Shown one piece after another: positions 24,421 through 59,529 of a stretch of DNA of 64,000 nt. The translations under genes and the position numbers were made by a program. Within the stretch, counting starts at the first letter, position 1, and each line of letters opens with the position of its first letter. The DNA comes from Lama guanicoe. Lineage: Eukaryota. A model generated the notes under the pieces. It was given only the letters and a program-made list of their open reading frames with translations, was not told the origin of the DNA and did not search any database. The stretch is from positions 1,739,892-1,803,891 of the forward strand of contig MU054049.1 in NCBI GenBank assembly GCA_013239625.1, read 5' to 3'.

Positions 24421-25169
24421 AAGAACCACAAATGTTATAGCAGGATGAAATATATGCCCATTTGATTCCCAAGTCCTTATCTGAATCACCACACCAGACA
24501 GCAAATGCTCAGACCTGGGGTGGTGGAAGAAGGGAATTCTGTGGACATGGCTCTGCCAAGAAGAGATCTTTGCCTCCTTGCTGGAGGAAGTCCCTTTCTT
24601 TCCACTGTTCCAAAGGGGCAGAAGATTCCACACAAGTGGTGGATGTGATCCTCCAGTTGGCCTTGGAGCAGGGAATCCAGTCCCCTTGAGTGTGGTTTTT
24701 TCACTGAGCCTCCCCTGTGGTGTCTAGTGGTGTCTTGCACCAGGGAGCCTCTGGCTGCTGTAAAGGCGTGGGTGGGTGGAAGGACACAGCTATCATTTCT
24801 GCCCCTGGAGCCCCATTTCCACTGACTCCGCAGGACTACTGACTCCCCAGCATTTCAGGCCCTTCGGGCGAGGGAGTTCCATACAAGAAAACCCAGTTCA
24901 GCAGTTAGCTAGAAGAAGACAGGTAAGTTAGAGTAGAATTCGGAAGATGAGGTGTTTCAGATGCCACATTCTATATTTTTTCAGAGAATTTAAGCTTCAA
25001 TGATACAAATTTAACAGAAGTTGTTCCTTAAGAGACAGTTTGGAAGTCCCACACAAGCCAGAAACTCGAATTGAAAGCCAAAAAGCACACCAATACAATC
25101 GATGTTCAACCCATAGTGGCCCAGCTTTCACTGATTACTAAGAACTTCCTCTTGGAGACATCTTAAGGG

Positions 25170-25635
25170 CATTCTGCTGAATAAAAGAAGCCAACCTCAA
25201 AAGCTGCCATACTGTATGATTCCATTTATGTAACATCCTCAAAATGACAAAAGTATAGAGATGGAAAAGATATTCATGGTTGCCCAGGGCTTCATGGGGG
25301 TGGGGGTGGGCAGCTGGGACTATAAACGGGTAACACAAGGGAGATCTTTGTGCTGGTGAAATAGCTCTGTATCTTGAATGCAGTGGTAGTTACGTAAGTC
25401 TACACCCATGAGACAACAGCATAAAACTCTACACATACGCACATACGCACGCACGCACGCGCACACACATGCACACGGTACTAATGTCAGTTTCCTGGGT
25501 TTTACATGTACTGTAGTTACATAAAATGTAACCACTGGGGAAACTGGGTGAAGGGTACCCAAGATCTCTGCACTATCTTGTCAACTTCTTGCATATCTAT
25601 AATTATTTTAAAATTAAAATTTAAGGGGAAAAAAA
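25170..25635 (+). mobile_element. L1MC/L1MD-type 3' end with an internal (CA/CG) repeat
   Basis: atactgtatgattccatttatgtaacatcctcaaaatgacaaaa...actggggaaactgggtgaagggtac-like text. Confidence 0.75.
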
Positions 25636-25674
25636 GAACTTATTTGTATATAAACAATTAAACCTTTAGGATTT

Positions 25675-26200
25675 AACTATGAACCACAGACCAAATCTGG
25701 CCCTACTACCTATTTTTGTACGAAAAATCTAAGAATAATTTTTATATTTTTAAGTGGTTAAAAAATATCCAAAAAGTGGATGTTTTGTGATACATGAATA
25801 TTATGGGAAATTCAAATTCCAGAGACCACAAATGGCATACAGTCCTTAGTCCAAGTAAGTGGTCCTGACTTCAAAGTTGTGATCCTTCTGAGATTTCGGT
25901 GGAAATTCTGAGTTTCCCTAGTTTTTCTAAATTTCAGAATTTGAACTCCCAACTCCCCAACACCAGGAAGCTGTTGGAATCTCTGCTTTTTAGCCTTCTA
26001 GCTGTTGCTCTCCACTAGGTTTCTTGAAATCTCACCCATGTTTTCCTGGAACATGGCCATGCATATTCATTTATGTATTGTCTGTGGCCACTCCCACCTT
26101 ACCTCAGCAGAGCTGAGTTGTTGCTACAGAGAGCATACGGCATGCAAAGCCTCAGTTACTTCCTATCTGGCTATTTACAGAAAAAGTTTACCAACTCTTG
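25675..26200. mobile_element. hAT-Charlie MER58-like element (interrupted)
   Basis: ccaaatctggccc...ctaagaat...gaaattcaaatt and ggaacatggccatgc...tttacagaaaaagtttaccaactcttg. Confidence 0.7.
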
Positions 26201-26545
26201 CTGTAGAACATTTAGGATTTCTACCATTTCACTCTTATGAACAGCACTGAAATGGAAAAAAAAATATTTTACTCATTTCTAAGGGCAAATGTGAGGAATG
26301 TCTCTAGCATAGAAACCAAGAAATGGAAGCATTTGAATTTTTAATAGAATTGCCTGATTGCCCTTCAAAACGATGGTTCTAGGGAACAGCTTCTGGGAAT
26401 GCGAAGGGAGCTTATATCAGATTAACCCTCCTGCTGGTAATATTGACACATGCTGGACAAAATGGGAAAAGAACACTGGAGATTAACTAAAAGCAGGCAG
26501 AAATTAATGAGATAGGGATCTTACAAGAAGAGAAGCAAAGTAAAT

Positions 26546-26675
26546 GGGCGGGAGGGTGTAGCACAGTGGTAGAGTGCCTACTTAGCATGCACGAGGTTCT
26601 GGGTTCAATTCCCCAGTACCTCCATTTAAATAAATAAATAAATAAATAAGACCTAATTACCTCCCCTACACCGCC
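26546..26675 (+). mobile_element. tRNA-Ala-derived SINE
   Basis: ggagggtgtagcacagtggtagag...gggttcaattccccagtacctcca followed by (taaa)n and acctaattacctcccc. Confidence 0.88.
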
Positions 26676-26829
26676 AAAGTCAGACAAAATGAGAGAGAGA
26701 GAGAGATCAGTTAATGTGATCATAGCTCAATGACTTGGGATTTGAATTCAAGCTTTATGACTGCAAAGTGAGAGATACATTCAACTAGCTTTTCCTCTAA
26801 CGGTGCTCCCCTTAAGGGCAATGAAGAAT

Positions 26830-27950
26830 AGAGGCCAAGTAGAAAGTGTCCAGTAAGAGCTGAGAAGTCAGAAATCAGAGTTTAGGGCTGCCAGCGTGGA
26901 TGCCAATTGAGAGGAGCAATTCCAGGAAGGAGGAAACCACAGCTGGAGAGCATCACAATGTGCACACAAACGTCCTTCAATCCTTGTCTGACTTACAACC
27001 TGCAAGTGCATGGGTGAGATTTCAAGAAACCTAGTGGAGAGCAACAACTAAAAGGCTAAAAAGCAGAGATTCCAACAGCTGCCTGGTGTCGGGGGTTGGG
27101 AGTTCAAATTCTGACCTTTAGAAAAGGTTGGTAAACTCAGAATTTCCACTGAAATCTCAGAAGGATCACAACTTCGGAGTAAAGACCACTTACTAGGACT
27201 AAGGACTATACGCCGACAGTATTTCTCAGCCTATATTTTAAAATTATCTCCCCTCCCCACCCATCACCCCTGTTGAGAAAAATTTAATTTAAATTCCTCT
27301 GGATGAAGAAAATTAAATACTAAAGAATAATAGTTCATCAGGTAGGACTGAGCTTTGGAGGATCACAAACCATTGGAACATCTATATTTTTCGCCCTTAC
27401 CAAGACTCCATTTTCAACCCCCGGCAGGGGTGGGAGGAGGCAATATTGTTCCTGTTGAGAATGTCGGTCCTAGGGATAAGAGCGAGCCTGAAAAACACTC
27501 ACTCTCACAAAGGCTAACACCAAGCCTTCACTGGATCAAACTGATCCACCAGAAATCTAACTGCCTTCTTGATCAAAATCCAGCCCCACTTTAGAGGAAG
27601 GTAACAGAATTCAGAGTCTCTACAATGTATCACCCACAATGTCCAGTATACAGTAACCTTTAAAAATTGCTAGACACATGAAGAAGCAGGAAAAAGTGAT
27701 CCATGATCCAGAAGGGAAAAAAATGATTAATAGAAGCAGACTCACAGAAAGTCAGATTTTTTTAATTAGCAGACAAGGACTTTAAAAGAACTATTATACA
27801 TATGTTAACAAACTTACAGGGAAAGCTGGATATAATGGGTGAAGTGATGTGAAATTTCTGGAGAGATATGAATACCCTTAAGGAAAAAGTGGTAAATTCT
27901 AGAACTGAAAAATACAAGATCTAAAGTAAAAACTCATTGGATGGAATAAT
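26830..27950 (+). mobile_element. Old L1 5'/ORF1 region remnant
   Basis: agacacatgaagaagcaggaaaa...attagcagacaaggactttaaa...attctagaactgaaaaataca. Confidence 0.65.
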
Positions 27951-29084
27951 CAGCGTGGTGATGGGGGGGCACTGCAGGATAAAGAGAATACAGCATGGTG
28001 ACTATAATTAATGATACTGTATTATACAGAGAATAAAACGTTCTCCAAATTTATTATCTTGCATTTCAGCTACGTCCATACTACTATTCAGCCCATCTCT
28101 TGAGGTTTTTGTTTTGGCAATATTTGGTGTTTTCTAAATATCTGATCACTGTTTTAATAGTCGTTGTTTTGTCAGAGTCAGATCCTCCTTGCCTTCTGAA
28201 GTTTTGACAGTTTATTTAAAGCTTTTGTTCCATGAACTCCATTTTTACTTTCCAGTGTTAGTTTCTTTGTAGAGTTTGGAGCCCTCTGTTCATGTGGTCA
28301 GTTTTCCCCAGTTTGGTGACCTCAGCATCTGGTTCCCCACCAGCCTGTCTGCAGCCTCCCTACACGGAGAGTGAGGAGGGGACAGTGGGTGGTTGAACAG
28401 GACGCACCAACCACCCAGCTCCAGAGCACGTTCCCTGTCCAGCCAGGTGCCTCGTAGGATGCGCACCTGCGAACTGTCACAGCCCAACTGCAGGGAGACC
28501 CCAGATCGCTAGATCCCCGCAGGGCCGGGAACATATGACATGGGAAGAGCTTATTGCCCGGGGGAAGCAGCATGGTCTTACAGAGAGAGGCCAAGTCCAC
28601 TTGGTGAGGAGCCCTCAACCTCAAGTTCACATGCAGTTATTTGCAACTTCATGTGAACTTCGATTTCCTCATGTACAAAATGGGTGTATTCTCAGCCTGC
28701 AAAGCCATGGTAAAGGTTAAAAAAAGTATTCAGTAACGTATGCAAAATGCCCAGCAGAGGGCCCAGGCTGCAACAGACACACTATACATGGCAGCTGTAA
28801 TTATTTTTTAAATTTATGTCACTTAGAATGCTCCTGCAATACACCACATACCCCAATAAGCTATGTTTGAGCAGATGGAACTTAACACTCTATCCTCCAA
28901 CTCCAGGCTGATTGTTTTCTTCAGGTTGCCCCACCCAAACCCCATGGTCAGTATTTCTGGATCTGCTCCATAAGATGCTAATTTCTCCCATAGAACTCTT
29001 CTTCCTTCAAATACCATCTCCTCCAGGGAGCCTTCCCTGACTCCCACAACTCTCTGCACTTACCTCCCACATCACCCATAACTC

Positions 29085-29558
29085 AAGTTGTCCCTCAGTA
29101 TCCCTGGGGGATTGGTTCCAGGACTTCCCCGAAGTTACCAAACTCCACGGATGCTCAAGTCTCTCATGTACAATGGCGTAGCATTTGCATGTGACCAACA
29201 CACGTCCTCCCGTATACTTTAAACCAGTTCTAGATTATGTCTAATACCTAACACAATGCAAATTATGATAAATACAATGCAAATGCTATGTGAATAGTTG
29301 CCTGGGGACCTCAAATTCAAATTTTGCTATTTGGAACTTTCTGGAATTTTTTTCTCGATTATTTTCCATCTGAGTTGGTTGAATCCATGGATATAGAACC
29401 TGGGGATGAGGTGGTGAGGGTATAGCTCAGTGGTAGAGTGTGTGCTTAGTATGTACAAGGTCCTGGGTTCGATCTCCAGTACCCTCATTAGATAAATAAA
29501 CCTAATTATCTGTCCCTCTCGCCCAAAAAAAGAACCCGTAGATACAAAGGGCCAACTG
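29085..29558. mobile_element. MER2-family (TcMar-Tigger) MITE with a SINE inserted
   Basis: Inverted ends agttgtccctcagtatcc and gatacaaagggccaactg-TA; internal ccacggatgctcaagt..aatggcgtagcatttgca. Confidence 0.85.
29410..29530 (+). mobile_element. tRNA-Ala-derived SINE inside MER2
   Basis: gagggtatagctcagtggtagag...gggttcgatc; imperfect TSD AGAACCYGKRGAT at 29395-29407 and 29531-29543. Confidence 0.88.
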
Positions 29559-29814
29559 TAAGCTGTCTACACCTCTCCCCTGCTGGACTCTTGAGCTGGA
29601 AGAGCCAGCACACAGGTGCACGTTTCTTTCACCCTGGGTCCCAGCACTCAGCACAGAGAAGGGGGTACATGAATAAATAATTTGTGGAAAGCAAAACATC
29701 CCTCCTGCGCTGCAGGGACGCAAAACCAACAGAGGGCTGAAGAATGGAGATGCCAACAGATGTGCAAACATCGCCTGGTGCTCGGAGGAAAATCTGTCCA
29801 CTGGAGGCAAATGT

Positions 29815-29820
29815 TTTATT
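29815..29820 (-). terminator. OGDHL: Probable OGDHL polyadenylation signal
   Basis: First minus-strand AATAAA (tttatt on +) that I found past the stop, about 730 nt downstream. Confidence 0.65.
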
Positions 29821-30551
29821 CCCTACATGTTTAGTTCTCCTTTCTCCCCATTCCCTAACCTCTCTCAGCCATCTGCCTCTTATCCCAACTTTACAACATG
29901 AAATGACAACAGGAAATCTCTCTTATGCATTTTTTAATTTCTCTGTTATTCGGTTTTCTACTTTGGTACACGTGAGCTGCAGCTGTATTTCACACAGAAG
30001 CTGACATGTCTCATTGTGACACGCCCCATAAAACAGAGCATGTATAAATCACCTGGCATGGTTTTGCTTCACCTGGTTGCTATTGCTAAAAAAAAAAAAA
30101 AAAAAAAACCTCTATTTCTAAGAGCACAAAAGAGAACATTTCTTGAATCTACAGATGCATGAGGACAAGGTGTACAGCCCTATCTGCCAGGATGGGAGAG
30201 AGAGACCAAAGATACAGGCCCCCGGGTAGCTGGCTGTCTGCAGAGACATGAAAGACACAGACGGAGAAGCCACACAGAAACTCCAGAGAGACCAGGGCAC
30301 CTGGGGAAACAGCCCAGAACTACAGCCCATTTGTCAGACCCCTCTGGCCTTCTCCGCCCTAAAAGGTTCTGAAACAAAGGACAAGATGGCATGATACCCT
30401 GGTTGGCAATATCTACTCTTTGGCCTTGATCACCACATGGGTATGTTTTATCCTGGGGCCCCTGACAGCCCCTCTCCTGGGCAGGAGAACCAGCCAGCCC
30501 CCAGTGTCCCCAGCGTCCTCAACCAACCCCACGGCAAGACCCAAGCAGGCT

Positions 30552-53087
<22,536 letters not shown>

Positions 53088-54769
53088 TCTGGACACAGGC
53101 AATAAGGGAGAGGCATAAACCCACAGGACCAGGACGGAAGCAGGCTCTGGCGGCCACTTGTCCACTCACGTGGCATTTGTAGGGCCTACCAGGCAGCTGG
53201 CCTTGGGATCGGCAGCGACGGGATACAGGTGAGTGGGACAATCAGCCAGCCATCCTGACCACCCTGAACTTGGGCAGAGGAGTCCTCCAGGGGCTGGGTG
53301 TGCCATGCCCAGTCAGGAAAAAGCAAGAAGAAAGGGGACCGGCTGAGCTACGCTCTCTCGGGAGGCCTACAGCACCGTTGGGTCCCCAGTCACTAACCCA
53401 AAAGTGACCAGTGACTTCCCCTGACTGTGGTATCGACCCCGAGCGCCCTCCTAGGCCAGGAGGTCAATGACATGGGCCCCACTTCACACTGAGGAGGACT
53501 GACGTCCAGAGAAGGAAAGGGCACTGGGGAACGGTGAGGGGCTGACCAGCGGCAGGCCTCGTGCCCAGCTGAGCTCGCGGCCGCAGCCACCCTCTCGCCC
53601 CCACACCCTGACCAGAGCTTACGCTCAGGACCAGCACCACTCAGGATGGCTGACAGCTCAGGGGGTATGTACAGGCTGGAAGCCCACTCAGACTGGAGAG
53701 AAACAGAATACCCCACTATTGTCACCTGCTTTTTCTCAGAGGAAATGCCTGAATAACAAGCTTTCTTTCACACGGGGGGGTGGGGAGGCTTCCTCCTCCC
53801 CTCAGAGGACTGACTTTCTAAGAGAAGAGCCTCCTCTTAGAACCTCTGCTCCTCCACCCTGCCCTCTGCCCCACACTGAGAGCAGAGCCCCCTCCTCTGC
53901 CCCAGCACTGCCCAGACACAGACACAGCTCCCTCCGAATACTCACTAATGCCCATCTGTCCAGAACCAACCCACCAGGGGCTATGGAGGCAGGAGGGCCT
54001 GCTCCCCCTTGTGCAACTCACTCCCAGAAAGTGTGCCTTTCTGCCTGGGCCTGGTCCTGAGTCAATGCCCCTGGGCCCTGGTGTGCCCAGCCAACAGGGC
54101 ACTACCACCACCACCCTCACCAGCCTAACCAAGCCGCCAGAACCTCCTGGCTGGACTTTCTCTTCTACAAGGGGTCGGGCCCCAAGGCAGGGCAGGGCCA
54201 GCCCTCCTAGCTTGCCTCAGCCCTCTTTCCCTCCAAACTCACACGAGGCAAGGGGAAGGGGGTGGGCTCCTCAGGGCAATCAGCAGCAAGTCTGAACAAA
54301 GGAAAATTCAAAAGCAAATATATATTCCACTGCAGGGAGGAACGAGGTGGGTTTGGCTGGAACCTGAGGCCCGAGTGCCCCACGCTTCCTTCCCATATGC
54401 TCAAACCCAAAAACTTTCGGCTACATGCCCAGCCCCACCAGCCAGTGATGCCAGGCCCTACAGGGAGGGCTGCTAGGAGCTGGTCCCCCTGGAGTGGCAC
54501 CTCTCCAGGTGCTGGGTGGCGGCTCAAGGCCTGGGCTCTGGGGTCAGAGGGCCAGGGTTCCAACCCCTGCTCTATCCCTGACTGTCCCTGAGGCCTGGGC
54601 AAATACGAGGCTGTTACCCCCAGCCCAATGGCCACAGGGCTCAGGAGCTACTGGCTTGGGACATCAGAAGAATCTAAACAACCCAATGGGGAAGTTCTAT
54701 CATCCCCATGCTAGGACGAAGGAAACCAGACACCAAGACCATCCATCACAGGAATAAAAATAAGAGGAC

Positions 54770-54960
54770 AATTAGTGAGCACTGATTCTGGGGCAGCAAC
54801 TGAACTCATCTAACATTCTCAACAATCTCAAGAGGTGGGCACTTGGATTAGCCTCATTTTACAAATTGGGAAACTGAGGCACAGAGAGGCTAAGCTGGTG
54901 AGTGATGGGGTTTTGCATGGTTTGGGGACCTGTGCCCTCCTCACTGCAGAGTCATGATGT
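54770..54960. mobile_element. MIR SINE in intron 1
   Basis: cctcattttacaaattgggaaactgaggcacagagagg core. Confidence 0.8.
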
Positions 54961-56149
54961 AAACCGAGGCTCCTCTTAAGGACAGTGCTCTTTCCAATGG
55001 CTACAGCCAGCTCTCTCTGCTGGCACCCTCCCCACCCCCACGGGCTGTGTCCAGCCTGGCCTGGTGTAGGAACACTGTGTTTTACAAACCCTGAATGATC
55101 TGTGCAGCCACCGGACACTGCCGTGGACTTCACCCGGCCTGACAGGAAGGCAGCTGGCCAGCCGCCCCTGCCCCAAACCCAGCAGGGCTCGAGGACTCAG
55201 GAGCCCTGGAGGGCTGGGGACAGAGTCAACCTCAGTAGCTGGAGCCAAGGCCCCAGCCAGCCCTGCCAGGTCCTGCCTACACAGGTGAAAGGGAATTCCT
55301 GAGTTCAGGTCAGGCACCCTCCACACCCTCTACCCAGCCCATCCTACAGCGGACTAACAGGCAGGTTGCTCTGGGCAGCTCTTGGGGACAAGGTCAGTAC
55401 CATCCCCATGCCCCACCCCTAGAAGCATAACAACTGCAGACATTCCTGGCCACTAAGATTCCCACATGCAAGGCCCTATCAGCACTGCCCTGGTGAGGAC
55501 CGCTCTGCAATATGCCCATTGTAGAGATCAGTTAACAGATCCTCCCCCAGATCTTGAAGCTGGGCAGAAGCAGAGCCTGGACTCACGCTCCTCCAGGCCC
55601 ACTCTGGCCCCACATTCTGGGAATTAGGGGTGGGGGAGTTCTCAGGAATAAACCCCAATTCTAGTTTACTGAACCCAAGAGAAGGCCACTGCGGCAGAGT
55701 CTGAGGTAGGAAGCAGGGTAGGAGCAGGGTGTGCTTATTTCCTTGGTAGAGATGGAGGGCCTAAGCTTAAAGCCCAAAGGTGGGGAAAGTACAAAGGTAC
55801 ATGCGGCCTGTTCCAAGAAGCTACCGGATGTGTGCAGAGGGGCTGCAGGGGCCGCCAAGTTCATGGTAGAGGGGCATCACAGCACCATGCTGGGCCCTCA
55901 GGGTCACCCCCTCCCCCCCACATTTCCCTAGGGAAGGGAGAAGCAGGTCCCAGGCTGACTGCGACCTCTGATCAGTCTTTCCTCTCTCAGAGCCTCAGTT
56001 CTCCCATCTGTGAACGGAAACCGTGGTTAAAACCATCTATAAGGGCTCTGCCCACCATGAGGTCCTGAGACTTCGATGCTGCCTGCGTGTCCCAGCAGGC
56101 ATATAATGCTGGACCCTCCCTATTCCCAGCGCCGCTCTCCACAGCTCGA

Positions 56150-56830
56150 GAGGAGCAGCAGGCCCCTCCCCACGCCGCGAAAGGCAGCATGGACAGTCTG
56201 TAGTCTGATGAGAACCCACGCTGATGCCTGAAACCCCACCGTTAGAGCGTCGCTCCTTTACAAAATACTGCACTCGCAGGGTTGGATGCACGCGAAGGGC
56301 TGGGGGTCTTTGCGGAGGCCGCGGCCAGACAATGGCGGAGCCAAGGTCATGCTCACACCTCCTCCCGCTTCCCGGGGCCCGGCTCAGGGCTGTGGGCAGC
56401 AGCGCCCCAGGACCCAGGAGACGGGAGCAGGGTGGCCACCCCCTAGACAGCGGGAGAGGAAGAGGCACAGGGACCTGGAGGCGAGGGGCCGCTGCGCTCA
56501 CCGGGCCGGCGGGGGTCCGCGCGGCAACGCGGTCCGGAGGCTGCGGGTCAGGGGGCGGCGTGCAGGTGATGTGCGGCGCGCGGTACCAATTACCCGGGTC
56601 ACGTGACGCGGCGCGCGCCCGGGAGACTCCGCGCGTCGTGACGTCCCGGTGGACGCCCCGCCCAGCCCTGCCCCGCTGGCGCTGTCCGCGGTGCTGACGG
56701 CCCAAGCGCGAGGCCGCCCGGGTCCGGAAGCATGAAGATCGCGCAGACCTCAGCGCGAGACGTAACGTCTGGGAGACCTGGCACGCTGCTGAGCCCCTGA
56801 ACCCCAGTATCCTCGTCCGAACACTAAGGA
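56150..56830. promoter_or_regulatory. OGDHL: CpG-island promoter of OGDHL
   Basis: Very GC- and CpG-dense; GTCACGTGAC 56598-56607, CCAAT 56586-56590, TGACGTCC 56639-56646, GC box 56656-56663, CCGGAAG 56724-56730. Confidence 0.85.
56502..56580 (-). other. OGDHL: Probable non-coding exon 1 of OGDHL (5' boundary uncertain)
   Basis: Strong donor CCG|GTGAGC at 56501 inside the CpG island; exon 2 begins at an acceptor, so an upstream UTR exon is required. Confidence 0.65.
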
Positions 56831-56989
56831 GAGTGAACCAGAAAATAAGCTGCCGTTTGTGTGTATGGAAGCACAGTTTCCGTTTTATTGTCTGTAAAAT
56901 GGGATGCTATTAAAAGTCCCATAGTCTTAGGGCTGTTTTGAAGAAAAGATGAGATAACGCACATTAAGTATTTACCACAAAACCTGATA

Positions 56990-57430
56990 CACATTTTACT
57001 CATCCACCGTCCAAGTTATGGAGACCTAGGCTGCCTTCACCTTCTTGTTGCTACAAACAATGCCACAATGAACATCTTCCTATATATCCCCTTAAGAACC
57101 TGTATGAGAATTTCTATGGAATACGTAACCGGGAGCTGAATTGTTGGGTCATGGGCATGTGCATACTTAACTTGACTCAGCAGTGTTACACTTTTTCTTG
57201 ATTCTACATTCCCGTAAGCAGTGCAAGAGAATTTTAAAATCTTCATATCCCAGCTGACACTTGGCAGTGTCTGGCTGTATAATTTTTGTCTGAAAAACAA
57301 ATGCAATTTCACATTATTGTTTTAATCTACATTTCTCTGATTATCAGTGATTTGTATCTCACGTTGTTTATTAGTTTGAGGGGGTTCCTGCTGTATTTTT
57401 CTTGGGTTTTGTTCTTGTTTACATACAAGA
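56990..57430 (-). mobile_element. Old L1 fragment
   Basis: acaaacaatgccacaatgaacatc...gaattgttgggtcatgg...gttttaatctacatttctctgatta. Confidence 0.7.
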
Positions 57431-57439
57431 GTTCCTGGT

Positions 57440-59100
57440 GTGGGAACATAATCATCTGTGGTTCAAACCACCATCAACTCTCCCACAGATTATTACAATG
57501 ATCCCCTTATTAGCCTCCTTGCTTCCACACTTGTACCCCTGAACTTTAATCTTGAAATAGTTTTCCTTGTAGAACACCAATTCAAATCAGGTTGCCCCCT
57601 CTGCTCAAATCCCTCAAATGATTTCCCATTTCACTCAAAAGCCAAAATCCTAACATTTGTTTCTAAGGTCTATTATCTCACCTCAAATATTTCATGTGTG
57701 CTACCATACTTAATGAAGAAAATTAGAAAACTAAAAGAAATATGTAATGTAATACTCTTGTTGTTAATTAAAAGCACATGCCTGCAAAAGTGCAACATAC
57801 ATTTCACAAGAACACATTCAAATACATATCAAATACATTAACATGGTTGCCTACGGGGGGGGGGGTGGAGATTGAGGGATGCAGATATAAGATAATTAAT
57901 GGATTGCTCATACCAATAACGATAGGGTGCCAGAATGAAGGAATATAATTAACTCTAACCTGCATCTAATGTCCCTCCTCCAAAAATAGTTGTTTATTTG
58001 GACCTATTTTAAGGTCCATATAACCAAGGACCATACCTGTTTATGATTGTATCTCCAGAACTTAGCATAGTGCCCAACTCATAGCATGTTTTCAGTAAAT
58101 ATTTGTTGAATGAACAAATGAATGAGTAAATGGACAATTAACTTGGATCCTGAAGGATAAGTAAGAGTCTGTCTGATGCAGAAGGACTGGGTTCATTGGG
58201 AGTTCTTTGATTAAAAGCACCAGAAAATTACCTGGCTGACTTAATCCAAAAAGGAGTTGATAGAAAGGTTGTCTAAAGGACAACTCAGAATCACAGGAAA
58301 ACTGAAGATTTAGTCTCAGGAAGCAGGAGTGGGCCTGAAATGGACTGTCGTTCCAAGGGTTTTATGATGCTCAAAATTCAAATTCCAAGAAGAAAGACAC
58401 TAAATGATCTGGCCTAAAAGGGGAAAGCAGGGGCCTGGAGTCACCCATCTGAAACACACATGGATTGAGAAGCGAAGCAGTTGGTTCATGGGATGCTGGT
58501 ATCACAAGAAATAGAAGTGGACGCTAGGGAAGAAAAAAAATCAGCATGTGCACTGAAGACCTCCAGCAGGAGAGCATGATATGCAAAGGCAGAGTTGTAA
58601 GAAGGGCTAGGGGAATGGGAACGGCCTGATGCGTTCAGAGGACGAGTAGCCTAGGGCAGGGGGGACTGGGCTTTGTCTACCATGTCAAGGGGTTTGGACT
58701 CTATTAGGTAGGAGATTGGATACCAGCAACATTTTAAGCTGTGAAGCAGAGTCAGATTTGCTTTTTAGAAAGCTTTCTCTGGCCACTGGAGGGAGGATGG
58801 AGTAGTAAATGTGAGAGCAAAAATATATCCAAGTGAGAGTCAAAAATGCACTGGCAGTAGAGTTAGAAAAAGAGGGACAGGACTGAGAGACATTTCGGAG
58901 TTTAATAGTTGACCAGGCATGAGTCGTGGAGGCAATGATAGCTCACAGATTTCTGGCTTTAGTGACTGAGGGAGGCAGTGGAAGTTCTCCGTGAGCTGGA
59001 AAACAAGAGATGCAGGTTGGGATGAATAACGGAAAAGTTTACAGGCTGGAGCTACCTATGAGCCACTTAAGAAAGATAAATAGTATGACATGGAATAGCA
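57440..59100. mobile_element. L2 fragments interleaved with other old repeats
   Basis: L2 3' end cagtaaatatttgttgaatgaacaaatgaatga near 58093-58125; ggggtttggactcta..gtcagatttgctttttagaaag. Confidence 0.6.
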
Positions 59101-59529
59101 GGCAGGAACGAAACCCTTCCAAATCAATGGGCGTCAGAGCCTCCCCTTTGCCCACAGTGGTCCTCAGAGTGATAAGAAGAAACACAGAACCATGGAGAGA
59201 GACCCACACCATGGAGGGAAGCTGAGTGGCTAAGGGGGCTGGGCAGGGCAGCCAAGGACAGAAGCAGCTGCTGTAGGAACCTGCAGAACTGCCAGGCCTT
59301 CCAGCCTAATTGATGCTCTGCTAATTACATTGATTAAAGCAAACATTTGGGGCAGTCAGGGCTCCCACAAGGATGGCTGCCTTTCTCAGAAGACTGAGAA
59401 GCCCGAGGCATGGCTGTGGGCTCCACAAAGATCTTCAGAAGCAGAAACCTTCCTTTTCTTCTTTGCCCACTGCCGCCCCCACCTCTTTTTAACAGAACAT
59501 GCATGCAAGTTTGTATTTATTCTGGTTGT

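Noticed and set aside
24480..24900. Unique GC-balanced patch that could be an exon or processed pseudogene
   Set aside because: No recognisable protein, poly(A)/TSD, or consistent splice pair
53088..53165. N-terminal extension of OGDHL (MDKWPPEP...) in the ORF track
   Set aside because: It starts at a non-ATG codon and runs through the intron 1 acceptor region; the true start is 53087
55103..55122. RE1/REST-like sequence in intron 1
   Set aside because: Needs a deletion and several mismatches to fit the consensus
56037..56784. Long ORFs (157-222 aa) over the CpG island
   Set aside because: Stop-codon scarcity in very GC-rich DNA; low-complexity R/G/P/A translations
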